Positions 1 to 12,329 of a stretch of 64,000 bases of DNA are shown here, piece after piece. The position numbers and the translations under genes are program-made. Position 1 is the first letter of the stretch. Each line of letters begins with the position of its first letter. The notes under the pieces were generated by a model, which was not told the origin of the DNA, did no database searches, and saw only the letters and a program-made list of their open reading frames with translations. Origin of the DNA: an uncultured Gammaproteobacteria bacterium (lineage in GTDB: Bacteria > Patescibacteriota > Patescibacteriia > Magasanikbacterales > GWA2-37-8); the NCBI GenBank assembly GCA_964634875.1, contig CAZWKA010000004.1, positions 15,640 to 79,639 of the forward strand, read 5' to 3'.

Positions 1-2063
1 TTTAGTCTCACCATTAGCACACTTCATCTCATGAAGAAAACGACTTACTTTCTTGGCCCGGACACCGCCATAGTCACTGGCACTCGTGCAGTACAACCGA
101 TCTTTAGCGCGCGTTACAGCCACATACATCAGACGCCGCTCTTCTTCATAGTGACTGTCGCCACTCGGCAACTGTTCTTTAATAAGCGCTAAAGGCAACT
201 CAATCGCTTCACTTCGCCGACGAGTAGGAAAGCGCTCTTCCACAACATTTACTACAAAAACATATTTAAATTCCAAACCTTTGGAGGCGTGCACTGTCAT
301 AACACGGACCGCTTCGTGTGTAACATCCAGATTTTGTTTAAGACTTCCTTCGTCTCCTGACTCCACAATATGGTTAAAATGATCTAAGAAACCGGCCACG
401 TGTGCTGCGCCAGGATGAGAAATTTCGTACGCTGTAATTTCTTCCAAAAATTGGGTCAGCAGAAGTGCTTGACGGCTAATTGACATGCGCCCCGCAACAT
501 CTTCATCAACTAAAAATTGTTTGTAACCACTTGCTTCAAGGAAGCCTAAAAGCAAAATAGAAGGTTTTTTCGCGGTCACTTCTCGTGCTCCTGTGTTTAA
601 GAAGGAACGAACACGCTCAATAACTGCGACCCCTTCTTCGGATAGCCCAAACTCTCGAGCACGCTTCAAAGCTTCGGCATAGGGTACGCTTTTTTTCTTT
701 GCAAAATACGTAAATTTTTGTAAATCATGCGCACTTAAATGTAAAAACGGCATGGTAATTAAACGGTAAATAGCCGTAGAGTCTTGATTGTTAACGATAG
801 CCTTAAAAAAATTAAGGCAGTCCAAAATACTACTCTGGCTATAGAGGCCGCTGGAAGCCAAAAATTCGTACGGTATTCCCGCTTTAGCAAGCGCGTCGAC
901 AAACGGATCAAGGTGACCATTCGCCCGCGCTAGCACCGCAAAATCAGACCATGACGTTTCAGGATTAAGGTTTTTCAGTTCGGCAATTTTTTCTATAACC
1001 GCCCCCACTTCTTGGTCAGCGGAGGCGACACTGATGTGTTCGATAAGACCCTTTTCGGTAACAGGCAATTGCGCACTCAGGTGTTTGTCGATATTTAATT
1101 TTATTTCTAAACGGTCAGGGTTATTATTCTGGATCAAACAATAGGCTGCATCGAGAATAATTTGCTGGGAACGGTAATTATCGGTGAGGACAATATTTTT
1201 AGCATTAGGAAAATCATCCTTGAAACGCAAAATATTGGAGACCGACGCGCCGCGAAAAGCATAAATACTTTGGTCGTCATCCCCTACTACCGTCAACTGG
1301 CTCTGGTCATTCGCCAAAAGTCTCACCAGCACATACTGCGCCCAATTCACATCCTGGAACTCATCTACCAAAATATACTTAAAATGCTTTTGGACTTTGG
1401 CCAAGATCTGCGGGCGTTCACGAAACAGTTTTACGGCGTAAAATAATAAATCACCAAAATCAAAGGCATTATTTTCGAGTAGCACCTGGTTATAGACGTG
1501 ATACGCGTTGGCTACTTCGGTGAGGCGGTTTTTCTCGACCGCATTCATATCCCCCGTTTCCATCGCTACGCCTTCGGCATAAGCTAGATACTCATCAGGC
1601 GTGACAAGCTCATCCTTACACTTACTAAAATGCTTGATGAGCTCATGAATATGGCGTTCGGGATTCGCCATGGGCCGATAGTAATTAAGCTTAAAACGAT
1701 CCAGTCGTTCACGGATTAAAAGCCATGTTTCAGTAGTTGTAAGCAATTTAAAACGATTAGGAAGACCTATGTCCAGCGCATAATCTTCCAAGATGCGCTG
1801 ACAAAAAGAGTGGAATGTCGAGACCTCTATTGAAGAATAGCCAGAACCGACCAAACTATCGGCGCGCTCACGCATTTCGCCAGCTGCTTTGTCAGTAAAC
1901 GTCAATGCCAAAATCTCCTCTGGGAGGGCAAGCTTTCGTTCAATAAGGGAAGCGATTTTTTGCGTAATAACGGCTGTTTTACCAGTTCCCGCCCCTGCTA
2001 CGATCAGGAGGGGTCCACCGACGTAATCGACCGCTTCTTGCTGCGCTGGATTAAGTGTTTTCA
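1..2063 (-). CDS. ATP-dependent DNA helicase, UvrD/PcrA/Rep family. The N-terminus is at 2063 and the C-terminus runs off the window edge.
   Basis: Minus-strand translation from the ATG at 2063 gives MKTLNPAQQEAVDYVGGPLLIVAGAGTGKTAVITQKIASLIERK (Walker A, GTGKT) followed by helicase motifs. The ORF is open to position 1 and is missing from the track only because it is partial. Confidence 0.8.
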
Positions 2064-2116
2064 TAGAAAGTATGGCTAGTATATCGCAGCCGCCTTGGAA
2101 GAGCAATCCTAAAATT

Positions 2117-2158
2117 GTAAACTAAAAAACAGGTGTTTACACCTGTTTTTTAGTTTAC
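2117..2158. terminator. Bidirectional rho-independent terminator. It is a 42-bp near-perfect palindrome: gtaaactaaaaaacaggtg-ttta-cacctgttttttagtttac.
   Basis: GC stem acaggtg/cacctgt flanked by an A-run and a T-run, downstream of the rlmN stop. Confidence 0.5.
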
Positions 2159-2162
2159 AAGA

Positions 2163-3236
2163 CTACATTTCTGCTTTATTCCTGAGCTGCCCACATGCTG
2201 CAGCAATATCTTGCCCCTGTGAATAGCGAATGGTAGCAGTAAAACCAGCTTTCATAATCTGTTCATGCCAGTGCACAATCTGCTCATGTGGCGTACGGCC
2301 AAAAATACTTTTGTTATCAACAACTTCGTCAGAAATATTATTATACGGAATAAGATTAATACGAATATGCGGCATACGCTTCGCAAGGGCGATCAATGCT
2401 TGCAGATGCTTTTCGTCATCATTAACGCCGCCCAACATAATATACTCTAGTCCAATAAAATGTTTACGACTAGGGAAGCGCTTATCGTAGGCATTGGCCC
2501 ACTTCACCACAAACTCCAAAAATCCAGCCGGGTTAGAAGGCATAATTTGTTTGCGTGATTCTTCAATTGCACTATGGAGCGACAGTGCCCAGCGTACGGG
2601 CGGAAAATCATCAGTCAACATTTTTTCCATGGCTGGAACGACACCGGCAGTGGAAACGGTAATTTTAGTTTCTCCCAAATCGGTATTTTCTAGTAAAATT
2701 TTAATTGCTTCTTTTACATTTTCGTAATTAAGCATTGGTTCACCTTGACCCATGAATACGATATTAGCAACGCGCGCACCTTCCCCAACCAAAATTTTCT
2801 GGGCATAGCGATATTGGTCAACAATTTCTTGAGCTGACAAATTACGCTTAAAACCCTGCTTCCCCGTAGCGCAAAAGGCACACTTCATCGGACAACCAGC
2901 TTGGCAGGAAACGCAAATCGTATACCTATCCGGGGCATTGTCCCCGGCATCTTTTTTAATATTTTCGCGGCCCATGATGACCATTTCAACATACTGCTTG
3001 TCATGGAGCTCAAGAAGGACTTTGCGAGTATTATCTTCTTTACTCGTTAAAAGTGTGTGGGTATTTACCGAAAACCACGGAAAGCCTTTAAGCTCTTCGC
3101 GCAGGGTAACGGGTAATGTGGTAATTTGATCATACCCGGAGATATTCCAATCAAACCAAGCCTTTTGGACTTGATTTTGGCGATACTTTGGCTCTTTAGA
3201 GAGAATTTCTTTTAGAAGTTGGTATTGAGAAGCCAT
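2163..3236 (-). CDS. rlmN: 23S rRNA (adenine2503-C2)-methyltransferase RlmN, a radical SAM enzyme.
   Basis: 357 aa with the radical SAM motif CPMKCAFC and the conserved GQGEPM and C-terminal Cys of the RlmN/Cfr family. Confidence 0.8.
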   Translation of the reverse strand: MASQYQLLKEILSKEPKYRQNQVQKAWFDWNISGYDQITTLPVTLREELKGFPWFSVNTHTLLTSKEDNTRKVLLELHDKQYVEMVIMGRENIKKDAGDNAPDRYTICVSCQAGCPMKCAFCATGKQGFKRNLSAQEIVDQYRYAQKILVGEGARVANIVFMGQGEPMLNYENVKEAIKILLENTDLGETKITVSTAGVVPAMEKMLTDDFPPVRWALSLHSAIEESRKQIMPSNPAGFLEFVVKWANAYDKRFPSRKHFIGLEYIMLGGVNDDEKHLQALIALAKRMPHIRINLIPYNNISDEVVDNKSIFGRTPHEQIVHWHEQIMKAGFTATIRYSQGQDIAAACGQLRNKAEM

Positions 3237-3287
3237 AGATACTAGATACTACCAGAATCTATTAAAATAATCAATAAAAACACAGAA

Positions 3288-3306
3288 GCCGGCTTTGCAA
3301 GCCGGC
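3288..3306 (-). terminator. Hairpin gccggctttgcaagccggc followed on the minus strand by a T-rich run. Likely terminator for the gene at 3309-3737.
   Basis: Perfect 7-bp GC stem. The minus strand reads gccggcttgcaaagccggcttctgtgttttta. Confidence 0.4.
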
Positions 3307-3308
3307 AG

Positions 3309-3737
3309 TTATCTGGTGGTAAGAAAATCGGGATTGAGCTTGCCCTCACAAACGGCAAACCCGCATTCTTTAAGGCGCACCATGGGCTGGAACCATAGGA
3401 AATAGCTGTACGTATAGGTCAAATATGCTTGCGGCCAGCACTGGTAGATTTGCGGATCAGTACGACTATCGTACCGGGACACCCGATACCAGTAGCTGCC
3501 CGCATGCCGCCAGACCACCGACCAGAAGGCAGCATTACCGTCTTCAAAAATCCGCTCACCCCCATAGCTGCAACGCCAATCATAGGTAGCCACAAACAAC
3601 TCTTCGGAGGTGAGTTCAACACACCAGGGTGCAGGTGTTTCATACGCACACTGATCCTGGGCACGCGCTAAACCAAAGAAGGACATGAGAGCCATGAGGC
3701 CAGCCACAAGAGCACCACGACAACGAAGACACATTGG
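3309..3737 (-). CDS. Small secreted cysteine- and aromatic-rich hypothetical protein.
   Basis: Internal start MCLRCRGALVAGLMALMSFFGLARA/QDQ is a canonical signal peptide. The mature part has 6 Cys and many W/Y residues. GC is slightly elevated at about 52%. The ORF-track start at 3818 would overlap the upstream ABC transporter gene. Confidence 0.4.
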   Translation of the reverse strand, partial: PMCLRCRGALVAGLMALMSFFGLARAQDQCAYETPAPWCVELTSEELFVATYDWRCSYGGERIFEDGNAAFWSVVWRHAGSYWYRVSRYDSRTDPQIYQCWPQAYLTYTYSYFLWFQPMVRLKECGFAVCEGKLNPDFLTTR

Positions 3738-3801
3738 TACACACCTCCAGCATAACTGCCCGGATGCTACCAAAACCACCTTTTTTTGTCTAGGAGAAGG
3801 A

Positions 3802-5580
3802 TTAGGCAATAAACCCACCCGCCTGGAGACCCCACAGGTTTTTGTACATTCCTGATTTTTTCCTTAACAGTTGCTGGTGCGTACCATTCTCAATTATTTC
3901 ACCATTATTTACAACAATAATTCGGTCCATTTTCATGATTGTCGACAGCCTGTGCGCCACAACAATAACTGTCTTGTTTTTCATTAAATTATTCAAAGCA
4001 TCTTGGATCAAAGATTCTGATTCAGAATCAAGACTCGAGGTAGCCTCATCAAGGACTAAAATTGGCGCATTCCTAAGGATGGCTCGGGCAATTGCAACAC
4101 GCTGACGTTCGCCACCCGAAAGTTTAACTCCCCGCTCACCCACAAATGTTGCATAGCCTTCTGGGAAGCTGCTGATAAATTCATGACAATGCGCTTGCTT
4201 TGCAGCTGAAAATACCTGCTCATCAGTTGCATCAGGTTTTCCGTAACGGATATTTTCCATAAGGGTACGATGGAACAAGATCGGATCTTGCGGCACCAAA
4301 CTGACCGCTGCCCACAGACTTTCTTGGGTAATATGATCAATTTTTTGGCCATCAATCATAATTTTTCCTCTTGCTACATCGTGCATGCGCAAAAGCAACT
4401 TAACAATTGTTGACTTACCTGCCCCAGAAGGCCCAACAAAAGCAATTTTTTCACGCGACTTAATGAGCAAATTAAAACGAGAGAATATCTTCCGGGTAGT
4501 GTGGTAATAAAAATCTACTTCTTTAAATTCAATCTGACCCTTGGTCACCTTTAACTCTTTAGCATTGTGGACATTCTGGATCTCATGCGGCGTAGAGAGC
4601 ATAACCGTCATTTCTTCAGCATCAGCCAAATCAGAGTACACATGACGAATAATTTTGCCAAAGTCCCACACCTTATCGAAGATGATAATAACGTAGGATT
4701 GAATAAGTACAAAGTCACCAATTGTTAAAATACCTTGTTGCCAAAGACGGATGGCCAGATAAAAAATCCCGGATTCTAAGACAATAACTAAAAGTCCCTG
4801 TACTCCATCGAAAATATTATCTAGCGTCCAGGTAAATTTACGTAATTTCCGGACTTTTTCTACAGCCGCAGCAAAACCACTCACTTCCCGCTCATAACCG
4901 CAAAATAATTTGACGTTGACGTTGTTCGTGATCGTATCTGCCAATATACCCGTTGAGACAGTTTCGGCTTCGTTACGCTGAATATCGTACTTAAGTTTAT
5001 ATTTGGTCAAAAACCAATTAATTACCAGAAAAATAATGATCCAAATAGCAATACCCAGGCCAAGCCAATGGTTTTTACGGGTTAAAACATAAAAAATTAC
5101 CACCATGTTAGTGATGAGCGGCAAAAGATTGAAGGTTATGCGATCCGCAATTCCCTCAAAAGCCCGGGTAAACCAATTTACCCGTTTTACCAACGAACCA
5201 ACAAAATTATTGTTAAAATAGGTAAAAGAATGTTTGTGCAAGTATTCAAAACAAAGCCGGGATAAATCCGCCAAAACAAGCGGTTGATAACGGGCGTTGG
5301 CAATAAGGGCAATGCGCCAAAAAAGCCACCGCAGAAATTCTAAACCAACAATTGTTGTAAGTGTTGCAACCAACATGGCCACTGCGCCGGCAGCGGTCGA
5401 CGAACCAGACAAAATATCAAAAAAAATTTTAAAGTAGAGCGGCACTACTACACCCATAGCAGAGGCACCGACCGTAAAAACCAGCGAAAGTGCTGCCAGG
5501 CCTCGATGCTCCCAAGTTTTTTGGGCATAAATCGCTAAAGTCCGTTTGGTATGGGTTAAATTAAGTACAGCGGCACGCAT
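3802..5580 (-). CDS. ABC exporter with a fused permease and ATPase (MsbA/lipid A export type).
   Basis: N-terminal 6-TM domain. The C-terminal NBD has Walker A GPSGAGKST, signature LSGGERQRVAIARA and Walker B ILVLDEATSSLD. Confidence 0.85.
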   Translation of the reverse strand: MRAAVLNLTHTKRTLAIYAQKTWEHRGLAALSLVFTVGASAMGVVVPLYFKIFFDILSGSSTAAGAVAMLVATLTTIVGLEFLRWLFWRIALIANARYQPLVLADLSRLCFEYLHKHSFTYFNNNFVGSLVKRVNWFTRAFEGIADRITFNLLPLITNMVVIFYVLTRKNHWLGLGIAIWIIIFLVINWFLTKYKLKYDIQRNEAETVSTGILADTITNNVNVKLFCGYEREVSGFAAAVEKVRKLRKFTWTLDNIFDGVQGLLVIVLESGIFYLAIRLWQQGILTIGDFVLIQSYVIIIFDKVWDFGKIIRHVYSDLADAEEMTVMLSTPHEIQNVHNAKELKVTKGQIEFKEVDFYYHTTRKIFSRFNLLIKSREKIAFVGPSGAGKSTIVKLLLRMHDVARGKIMIDGQKIDHITQESLWAAVSLVPQDPILFHRTLMENIRYGKPDATDEQVFSAAKQAHCHEFISSFPEGYATFVGERGVKLSGGERQRVAIARAILRNAPILVLDEATSSLDSESESLIQDALNNLMKNKTVIVVAHRLSTIMKMDRIIVVNNGEIIENGTHQQLLRKKSGMYKNLWGLQAGGFIA

Positions 5581-5662
5581 GAAATTTATTTTAAATAAAA
5601 ATCCTAAGACACAGTGTCTCAGGATTCAGTATATCAGAAAAAAAACACCAACGCTATCGACC

Positions 5663-6076
5663 TTAAGGAAGACGACGGTATTTTTTTCCAACTTTAAGGC
5701 GATTAAGTTCTTTTTCGAGGCTTGCTTGGATACTCGCATACTCTTGTGAATCTGCTCGCACCTCACTTTTCATAGTTTCGAGCGCTCGATCTCTTGCTGC
5801 TTCAGCACGAACAAAATCAATTTCCGTAGCATGCTCTGCAGTATCTGCAAGAATGACAATTGAATTGTTCGCTTTAACTTCAGCAAAACCACCTGAGACG
5901 GCAATTACTTTTTCTTGTCCATCTTTTTTATATCGAAGCTCTCCAGGTCGTAAGACAGTTACTAAAGGAATGTGGTGAGCCATAATTGTAATTTCACCAG
6001 CACTCGTAGTTAAGCTTACCTGATCAACTTCATCAGCGAACACAATTCGTTCAGGAGTTATAATTTGAAAATGCAT
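5663..6076 (-). CDS. atpC: F0F1 ATP synthase subunit epsilon.
   Basis: 137 aa reading MHFQIITPERIVF...VSGGFAEV, typical of an epsilon N-terminal beta-sandwich. It is the last gene of the atp operon. Confidence 0.85.
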   Translation of the reverse strand: MHFQIITPERIVFADEVDQVSLTTSAGEITIMAHHIPLVTVLRPGELRYKKDGQEKVIAVSGGFAEVKANNSIVILADTAEHATEIDFVRAEAARDRALETMKSEVRADSQEYASIQASLEKELNRLKVGKKYRRLP

Positions 6077-6084
6077 ATGAATTT

Positions 6085-6207
6085 GTCATTGCGAGGAGCG
6101 CAGCGACGCGGCAATCCCCTGGATTACAGGAATATTTATTTATAAGTATCAAGTTTTGGAACCAAGGGGATTGCCGCGTCGTCGCTTGGGCTCCTCCTCG
6201 CAATGAC
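6085..6207. repeat. Long GC-rich imperfect inverted repeat (arms of about 38-45 bp, AT-rich spacer of about 40 nt) in the atpD-atpC intergenic region.
   Basis: Arm A 6085-6122 is gtcattgcgaggagcgcagcgacgcggcaatcccctgg. Arm B 6162-6207 is ccaaggggattgccgcgtcgtcgcttgggctcctcctcgcaatgac. The core ggggattgccgcgtcg and cctcgcaatgac are exact reverse complements. Confidence 0.5.
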
Positions 6208-6212
6208 AATTA

Positions 6213-7592
<1,380 letters not shown>

Positions 7593-7667
7593 TTAGTTGA
7601 TTATTTTAGTTGTTTATTGGTTGCGCTTGTTAATCGAATACAATGTACTAATACACCAATAAACTTC

Positions 7668-8561
7668 TTACTCCAAAGCAGCCGCCCCACCAATTACCTC
7701 CGCAATTTCCTTGGTAATTGCTGCTTGACGGGCATTATTAAATGTCGTATTTAATTCTTTAATCATATCCCCTGCCGCGTCTGAGGCGCTTTGCATCGCC
7801 ACCATACGAGCACTGTGCTCAGATGCGTCAGATTCAAGTACCGCTTGGTAGAGCTGCATTTCAATAAGTCGAGGCAATAACATTTCCAGAACCTTAAGCG
7901 GATTTGGTTCAAAAATAAAATCAGTTGGTCGCCCCTCACTTTTGTTATTTTTTTCAACAATAGTTACATGATTTTTTTGTTTTATAGGAAAAATTGGTTT
8001 TATAACCGGTACTTGCTTGATAGCTGAAATATATTCCATGTACGCAACACCAATTTGGTCATACTTGGCATTAATAAAGTCAGCGGCTGCCATTTGTGAA
8101 AGTGGCAAAATTTCAGCGAGCGCTTTCGTAACGTCTACTTTTTCAAACTCAGCAGCAATAGTATGTCCAAAATTTTGATAAATCTTGCGTCCTTTTTTAC
8201 CCATTACCAAAACCTCTACATCAACATTTTTTTCTTTTTTAATTTTATTAATAAAAAGATCAACTTCCTGCACTAGTTTCGAACTAAAACCGCCAGCCAG
8301 CCCACGGTTGCTTGTTATCAGAATAAGACCCATTTTTTTAACCGCACGTTCTGCTAAGAGCGGGTGGTGCCGGGGCCCAGCTTTACGTGTGACATCCTGG
8401 AGCATCTGCCAGGCCAACTCAGCATAATTTCGGGTCGCCGAAGCGCTAGCCACAGCGCGACGCATTTTGACAGCGCTAATCATCTCCATTGCCTTGGTAA
8501 TTTTTTTGGTATTGGCAATAGATTTGATACGGCGTTTAATTGTTTTTGTTGATAAAGCCAT
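7668..8561 (-). CDS. atpG: F0F1 ATP synthase subunit gamma.
   Basis: 297 aa. The N-terminal ...IKRRIKSIANTKKITKAMEMISAVKMRRA and the C-terminal ITKEIAEVIGGAAALE are gamma-subunit hallmarks. Confidence 0.9.
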   Translation of the reverse strand: MALSTKTIKRRIKSIANTKKITKAMEMISAVKMRRAVASASATRNYAELAWQMLQDVTRKAGPRHHPLLAERAVKKMGLILITSNRGLAGGFSSKLVQEVDLFINKIKKEKNVDVEVLVMGKKGRKIYQNFGHTIAAEFEKVDVTKALAEILPLSQMAAADFINAKYDQIGVAYMEYISAIKQVPVIKPIFPIKQKNHVTIVEKNNKSEGRPTDFIFEPNPLKVLEMLLPRLIEMQLYQAVLESDASEHSARMVAMQSASDAAGDMIKELNTTFNNARQAAITKEIAEVIGGAAALE

Positions 8562-8620
8562 AAATTTTAAAGAGTGCTATGGTCAGGAGGGGGGGGGTAC
8601 GAGTAATGACAAACTTGGTT

Positions 8621-10108
8621 TTATTTCCGAAACTCCTCCAGTGCTTCTTTTAATTCTGTTTCAATTGCTTTGTCCCAGCCACCTTTACTAATCCTGTCAA
8701 GCAAAACACCTTTCGACTTGTTCATGAATACATGCAAACGGTTTTCCCAATCGCGAATATCCTTTACAGCCACATCACTCGCATAAGCATTATTTAAGGC
8801 ATAAATAATTACAACCTGATTAGCTACCGGTACTGGCTGGTACTGAGGTTGCTTCAAGATTTCAACCAAACGCTGACCAAGATCGATCTGTCTTTTTGTT
8901 TCAGAATCAAGGTCGCTGGCAAATTGCGCAAAGGCTTCCATTTCACGGAACTGGGCCATATTAAGCTTCATTTTACCCGCAACTTTCTTCATTGATTTAA
9001 CCTGGGCAGATGACCCAACACGCGACACCGAAATACCAACGTTTAAAGCCGGGCGGATACCGCGAAAAAATAAATCACTTTCCAGAAAAATTTGACCATC
9101 CGTAATTGAGATAACATTAGTCGGGATATACGCTGAGACATCGCCAGCTTGTGTTTCAATAATGGGAAGTGCAGTAATCGAACCGCCGCCCGACTCACTA
9201 TTACGACGGCAAGCACGCTCCAGCAAACGTGAGTGGAGGTAGAACACATCTCCCGGAAATGCTTCGCGACCGGGTGGACGCCGCAATAAAAGTGAGATTT
9301 CACGGTAAGCCCAGGCTTGCTTAGAAAGGTCATCGTAAACGACTAAAACGTCTCGTCCGTTGTCCATAAAGTATTCGGCCATCGCGACACCAGCATAGGG
9401 AGCAATATACAAAAGCGAAGCAGGATCAGACGCGCCAGCACTCACAACAACAGTGTATTCCATTGCACCCGCCTCTTTAAGCTTGGTAACAATGCGGGCT
9501 ACTTTGGATTCCTTTTGCCCAATGGCCACATATATACAGACCATATTTTGACCTTTTTGATTGATGATCGTGTCGATCGCAACCGCGGTCTTGCCTGTCT
9601 GACGATCACCAATAATAAGTTCGCGTTGTCCACGACCAATTGGAATCATAGCGTCAATGGCCTTTATACCGGTTTGCAGCGGTTCTGTAACCGGTTCACG
9701 CGACATTACGCCCGGAGCAATCTTTTCAATGGGATAGAACTTCTTTGAAGTAATCTGTTCACCTTTATCCTTAGCGATTCCAAGCGGATTCACCACCCGG
9801 CCGATTAGTTCGTCACCAACTGGAACAGACAAAATACGACCAGTCCTTTTTACCACATCACCCTCTTTAATATGGGTATAGTCGCCCAGAATTACAGCAC
9901 CGATAGTTTCTTCTTCAAGGTTTAATGCAACACCAAAAGTGTTATTAGGAAATTCAAGCATTTCACTAGCCTGACAGTTCGTTAGGCCACTAAGACGAGC
10001 AATGCCGTCGCCAACTTCGAGCACAGCACCAACTTCTTCTACCTCAACCTTTTTCTCAAAAGTACTAATAGTTTTTTTAAGTTCTTCAACTATGAAATTC
10101 ATTGACAT
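8621..10108 (-). CDS. atpA: F0F1 ATP synthase subunit alpha.
   Basis: 495 aa with Walker A GDRQTGKT and conserved alpha-subunit blocks. Confidence 0.95.
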   Translation of the reverse strand: MSMNFIVEELKKTISTFEKKVEVEEVGAVLEVGDGIARLSGLTNCQASEMLEFPNNTFGVALNLEEETIGAVILGDYTHIKEGDVVKRTGRILSVPVGDELIGRVVNPLGIAKDKGEQITSKKFYPIEKIAPGVMSREPVTEPLQTGIKAIDAMIPIGRGQRELIIGDRQTGKTAVAIDTIINQKGQNMVCIYVAIGQKESKVARIVTKLKEAGAMEYTVVVSAGASDPASLLYIAPYAGVAMAEYFMDNGRDVLVVYDDLSKQAWAYREISLLLRRPPGREAFPGDVFYLHSRLLERACRRNSESGGGSITALPIIETQAGDVSAYIPTNVISITDGQIFLESDLFFRGIRPALNVGISVSRVGSSAQVKSMKKVAGKMKLNMAQFREMEAFAQFASDLDSETKRQIDLGQRLVEILKQPQYQPVPVANQVVIIYALNNAYASDVAVKDIRDWENRLHVFMNKSKGVLLDRISKGGWDKAIETELKEALEEFRK

Positions 10109-10110
10109 AC

Positions 10111-10503
10111 TTATGCGGTTAATTGAGTCTTTAAAAGCTGCAGCTGCTTTTTGATGCTTCCATCTAAAATAATATCTTCAGCAGTAATTATTACTCCACC
10201 AACAATATCCGGATCAATACTTTCCACAAGCTCAACTTTTCCACCAAAAACACTAATAATTTTATTTTTATTTTTTTCCGCAAGAAGTTTGGCTGTAATT
10301 ACTTTTAGTGGAATAATTCCGTTTTCTCTTTGGTATATTTTTTCAAAATGTTCCAGGATAAGCGGCGCTTTCTTAAGCTTGTTATCGCGTACCAAAAGTT
10401 TAACGAACTCTTGGAGAGCCTCATAAACATCAGCCTCTTTAAGGTCTTTCGTTACCTCATACAGGGCTGCGGCGTAATCTTTATAATTATTTTTCTTCGG
10501 CAT
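10111..10503 (-). CDS. atpH: F0F1 ATP synthase subunit delta (OSCP), short form.
   Basis: 130 aa between atpF and atpA in conserved operon order. It is helical and K/E-rich. The assignment rests mainly on position. Confidence 0.6.
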   Translation of the reverse strand: MPKKNNYKDYAAALYEVTKDLKEADVYEALQEFVKLLVRDNKLKKAPLILEHFEKIYQRENGIIPLKVITAKLLAEKNKNKIISVFGGKVELVESIDPDIVGGVIITAEDIILDGSIKKQLQLLKTQLTA

Positions 10504-11140
10504 ACCTTATTTTAGAAACCATTTCTTCAACTAATTTTTGATCTTTTGTTGAATCTAATTTTTCACTAAGCATTTTTTCCGTAGCCGCAAGCACCATATC
10601 GGCGGCACTATTTTTTATGAGTCGAATAGTTGCATCCCGCTCGGCTTCAATGGTGCGCCGTGCTTGTTCTGTCAAAATCTCAATATCTGCTTTTGCCGCC
10701 GCTTTCATGTCTTCGCCCAGCTCGGCCGCCTCGACACCGGCCTTTTCAATTATTTTATTAGCCTCAACTTTTGCCGTATCAATCCGCGCCTGGTAGTCAC
10801 GCTCTCCTTTTGCCATTTTATCTTGTACTTTTCGGGCATTTTCAAGACTCTCGTCAATTAGTTTTTGTCGTTCAGCCATTTTTTTAGTTAGCGGCTTTAA
10901 AATAACGAACCACACAACTCCCGCAACAATTAAAAAGTTTACTAGCTGCGAAATAAATACGCTTACATTGATGCCGAGCGACGCAAAAACGCTTTCATCG
11001 GCCACAGCGGTTTCGTGCGCTGCAGTATTCTCCTGAGTTGTCGGGAGCGTGGCGCCACTGGCAACATCAATTAAAACCAATTTCATATACAGATGACTAA
11101 AATAATCCAAAATAATTGGACGTGTGTTTGCGGCGCACAT
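10487..11140 (-). CDS. atpF: F0F1 ATP synthase subunit b.
   Basis: A single N-terminal TM helix (FISQLVNFLIVAGVVWFVILKPL) followed by a long charged coiled coil. The true start may be the internal MKLV at 11086. Confidence 0.7.
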   Translation of the reverse strand: MCAANTRPIILDYFSHLYMKLVLIDVASGATLPTTQENTAAHETAVADESVFASLGINVSVFISQLVNFLIVAGVVWFVILKPLTKKMAERQKLIDESLENARKVQDKMAKGERDYQARIDTAKVEANKIIEKAGVEAAELGEDMKAAAKADIEILTEQARRTIEAERDATIRLIKNSAADMVLAATEKMLSEKLDSTKDQKLVEEMVSKIRYAEEK

Positions 11141-11153
11141 CCAATCGATCGGA

Positions 11154-11459
<306 letters not shown>

Positions 11460-11528
11460 TTACGTCACTTACCGATTAATTAATAGGACAGTTTACTACT
11501 TCCACAAATAGTAAACTATTTTTTATAA

Positions 11529-12314
11529 TTAATGATCTTCTACTTGGTGCGGTTCGGCTGAAGCAACCGTCATATACACAATGGTGAGTATCGCAAAAAC
11601 TCCCGCCTGAATCATACCCACTAAAAGCTCGAGCAGCATAAACGGAGTAGGGATCACTGCAGCAACCAAGCCCGTTATAACCGTGAGCAAGACTTCTCCG
11701 GCAAATATATTACCAAACAAACGAAGCGACAAGGAAAGCACCTTTGATAACTCACCCACAATCTCGATTAAACCAACAGCAAATTCGACCAGTGCAGTAA
11801 AAATAGCAATCGGCCCTTTACGTAAACTTTTTAGGACAGACCCGATTTGGATAAATTTATTAAAATGAGTAAAGATGCCTACTGTAAAAAAACCAAATAG
11901 ATGTGAAGAAATAACCGTAACTAACGCCATAGCGAGCGTCAGATTTAAATCAGTGGTGGCCGGACGTAATAAAAAGGAGTGACCAAAAGTAATACTTCCT
12001 GTTCCCGGTAAAAGGCCGAGCCAATTTGAAAGCAAGATAAAGAAAAAAACAGATCCGGCTACAGGCAAAAAACGTAGTGTCAATGCACGATTACCAGTAA
12101 CCTGGTCAAAATACCCAAGAAGAATTTCTAAAAAATATTCTACTCCATTCTGAAACTTTCCAGGCCTGACCGAAAGACGTTTGCGAAGCGCTAAACCAAC
12201 GACCAAAAAAATAAAAAACGCGAGCCACGCGTTTATAATGGTATTGGTGATAGTGAGTGGACCCCACTGAAGTAGAACTTCCGGGGCAAGCGTGGGAACA
12301 TGAGCTTCGGTCAT
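11529..12314 (-). CDS. atpB: F0F1 ATP synthase subunit a.
   Basis: 261 aa polytopic protein with the conserved LSLRLFGNIFAGE motif (the essential Arg of subunit a). Confidence 0.85.
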   Translation of the reverse strand: MTEAHVPTLAPEVLLQWGPLTITNTIINAWLAFFIFLVVGLALRKRLSVRPGKFQNGVEYFLEILLGYFDQVTGNRALTLRFLPVAGSVFFFILLSNWLGLLPGTGSITFGHSFLLRPATTDLNLTLAMALVTVISSHLFGFFTVGIFTHFNKFIQIGSVLKSLRKGPIAIFTALVEFAVGLIEIVGELSKVLSLSLRLFGNIFAGEVLLTVITGLVAAVIPTPFMLLELLVGMIQAGVFAILTIVYMTVASAEPHQVEDH

Positions 12315-12329
12315 ACTGTAGACATAAGA

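Noticed and set aside
1162-1446. 94-aa plus-strand ORF.
   Set aside because: It lies entirely antisense within the UvrD/PcrA helicase coding region.
5590-5640. Imperfect hairpin cctaagacacagtgtctcagg between the ABC transporter gene and atpC.
   Set aside because: It has a mismatch in the stem and no T-run in the orientation needed to terminate atpC. It could be an incidental palindrome.
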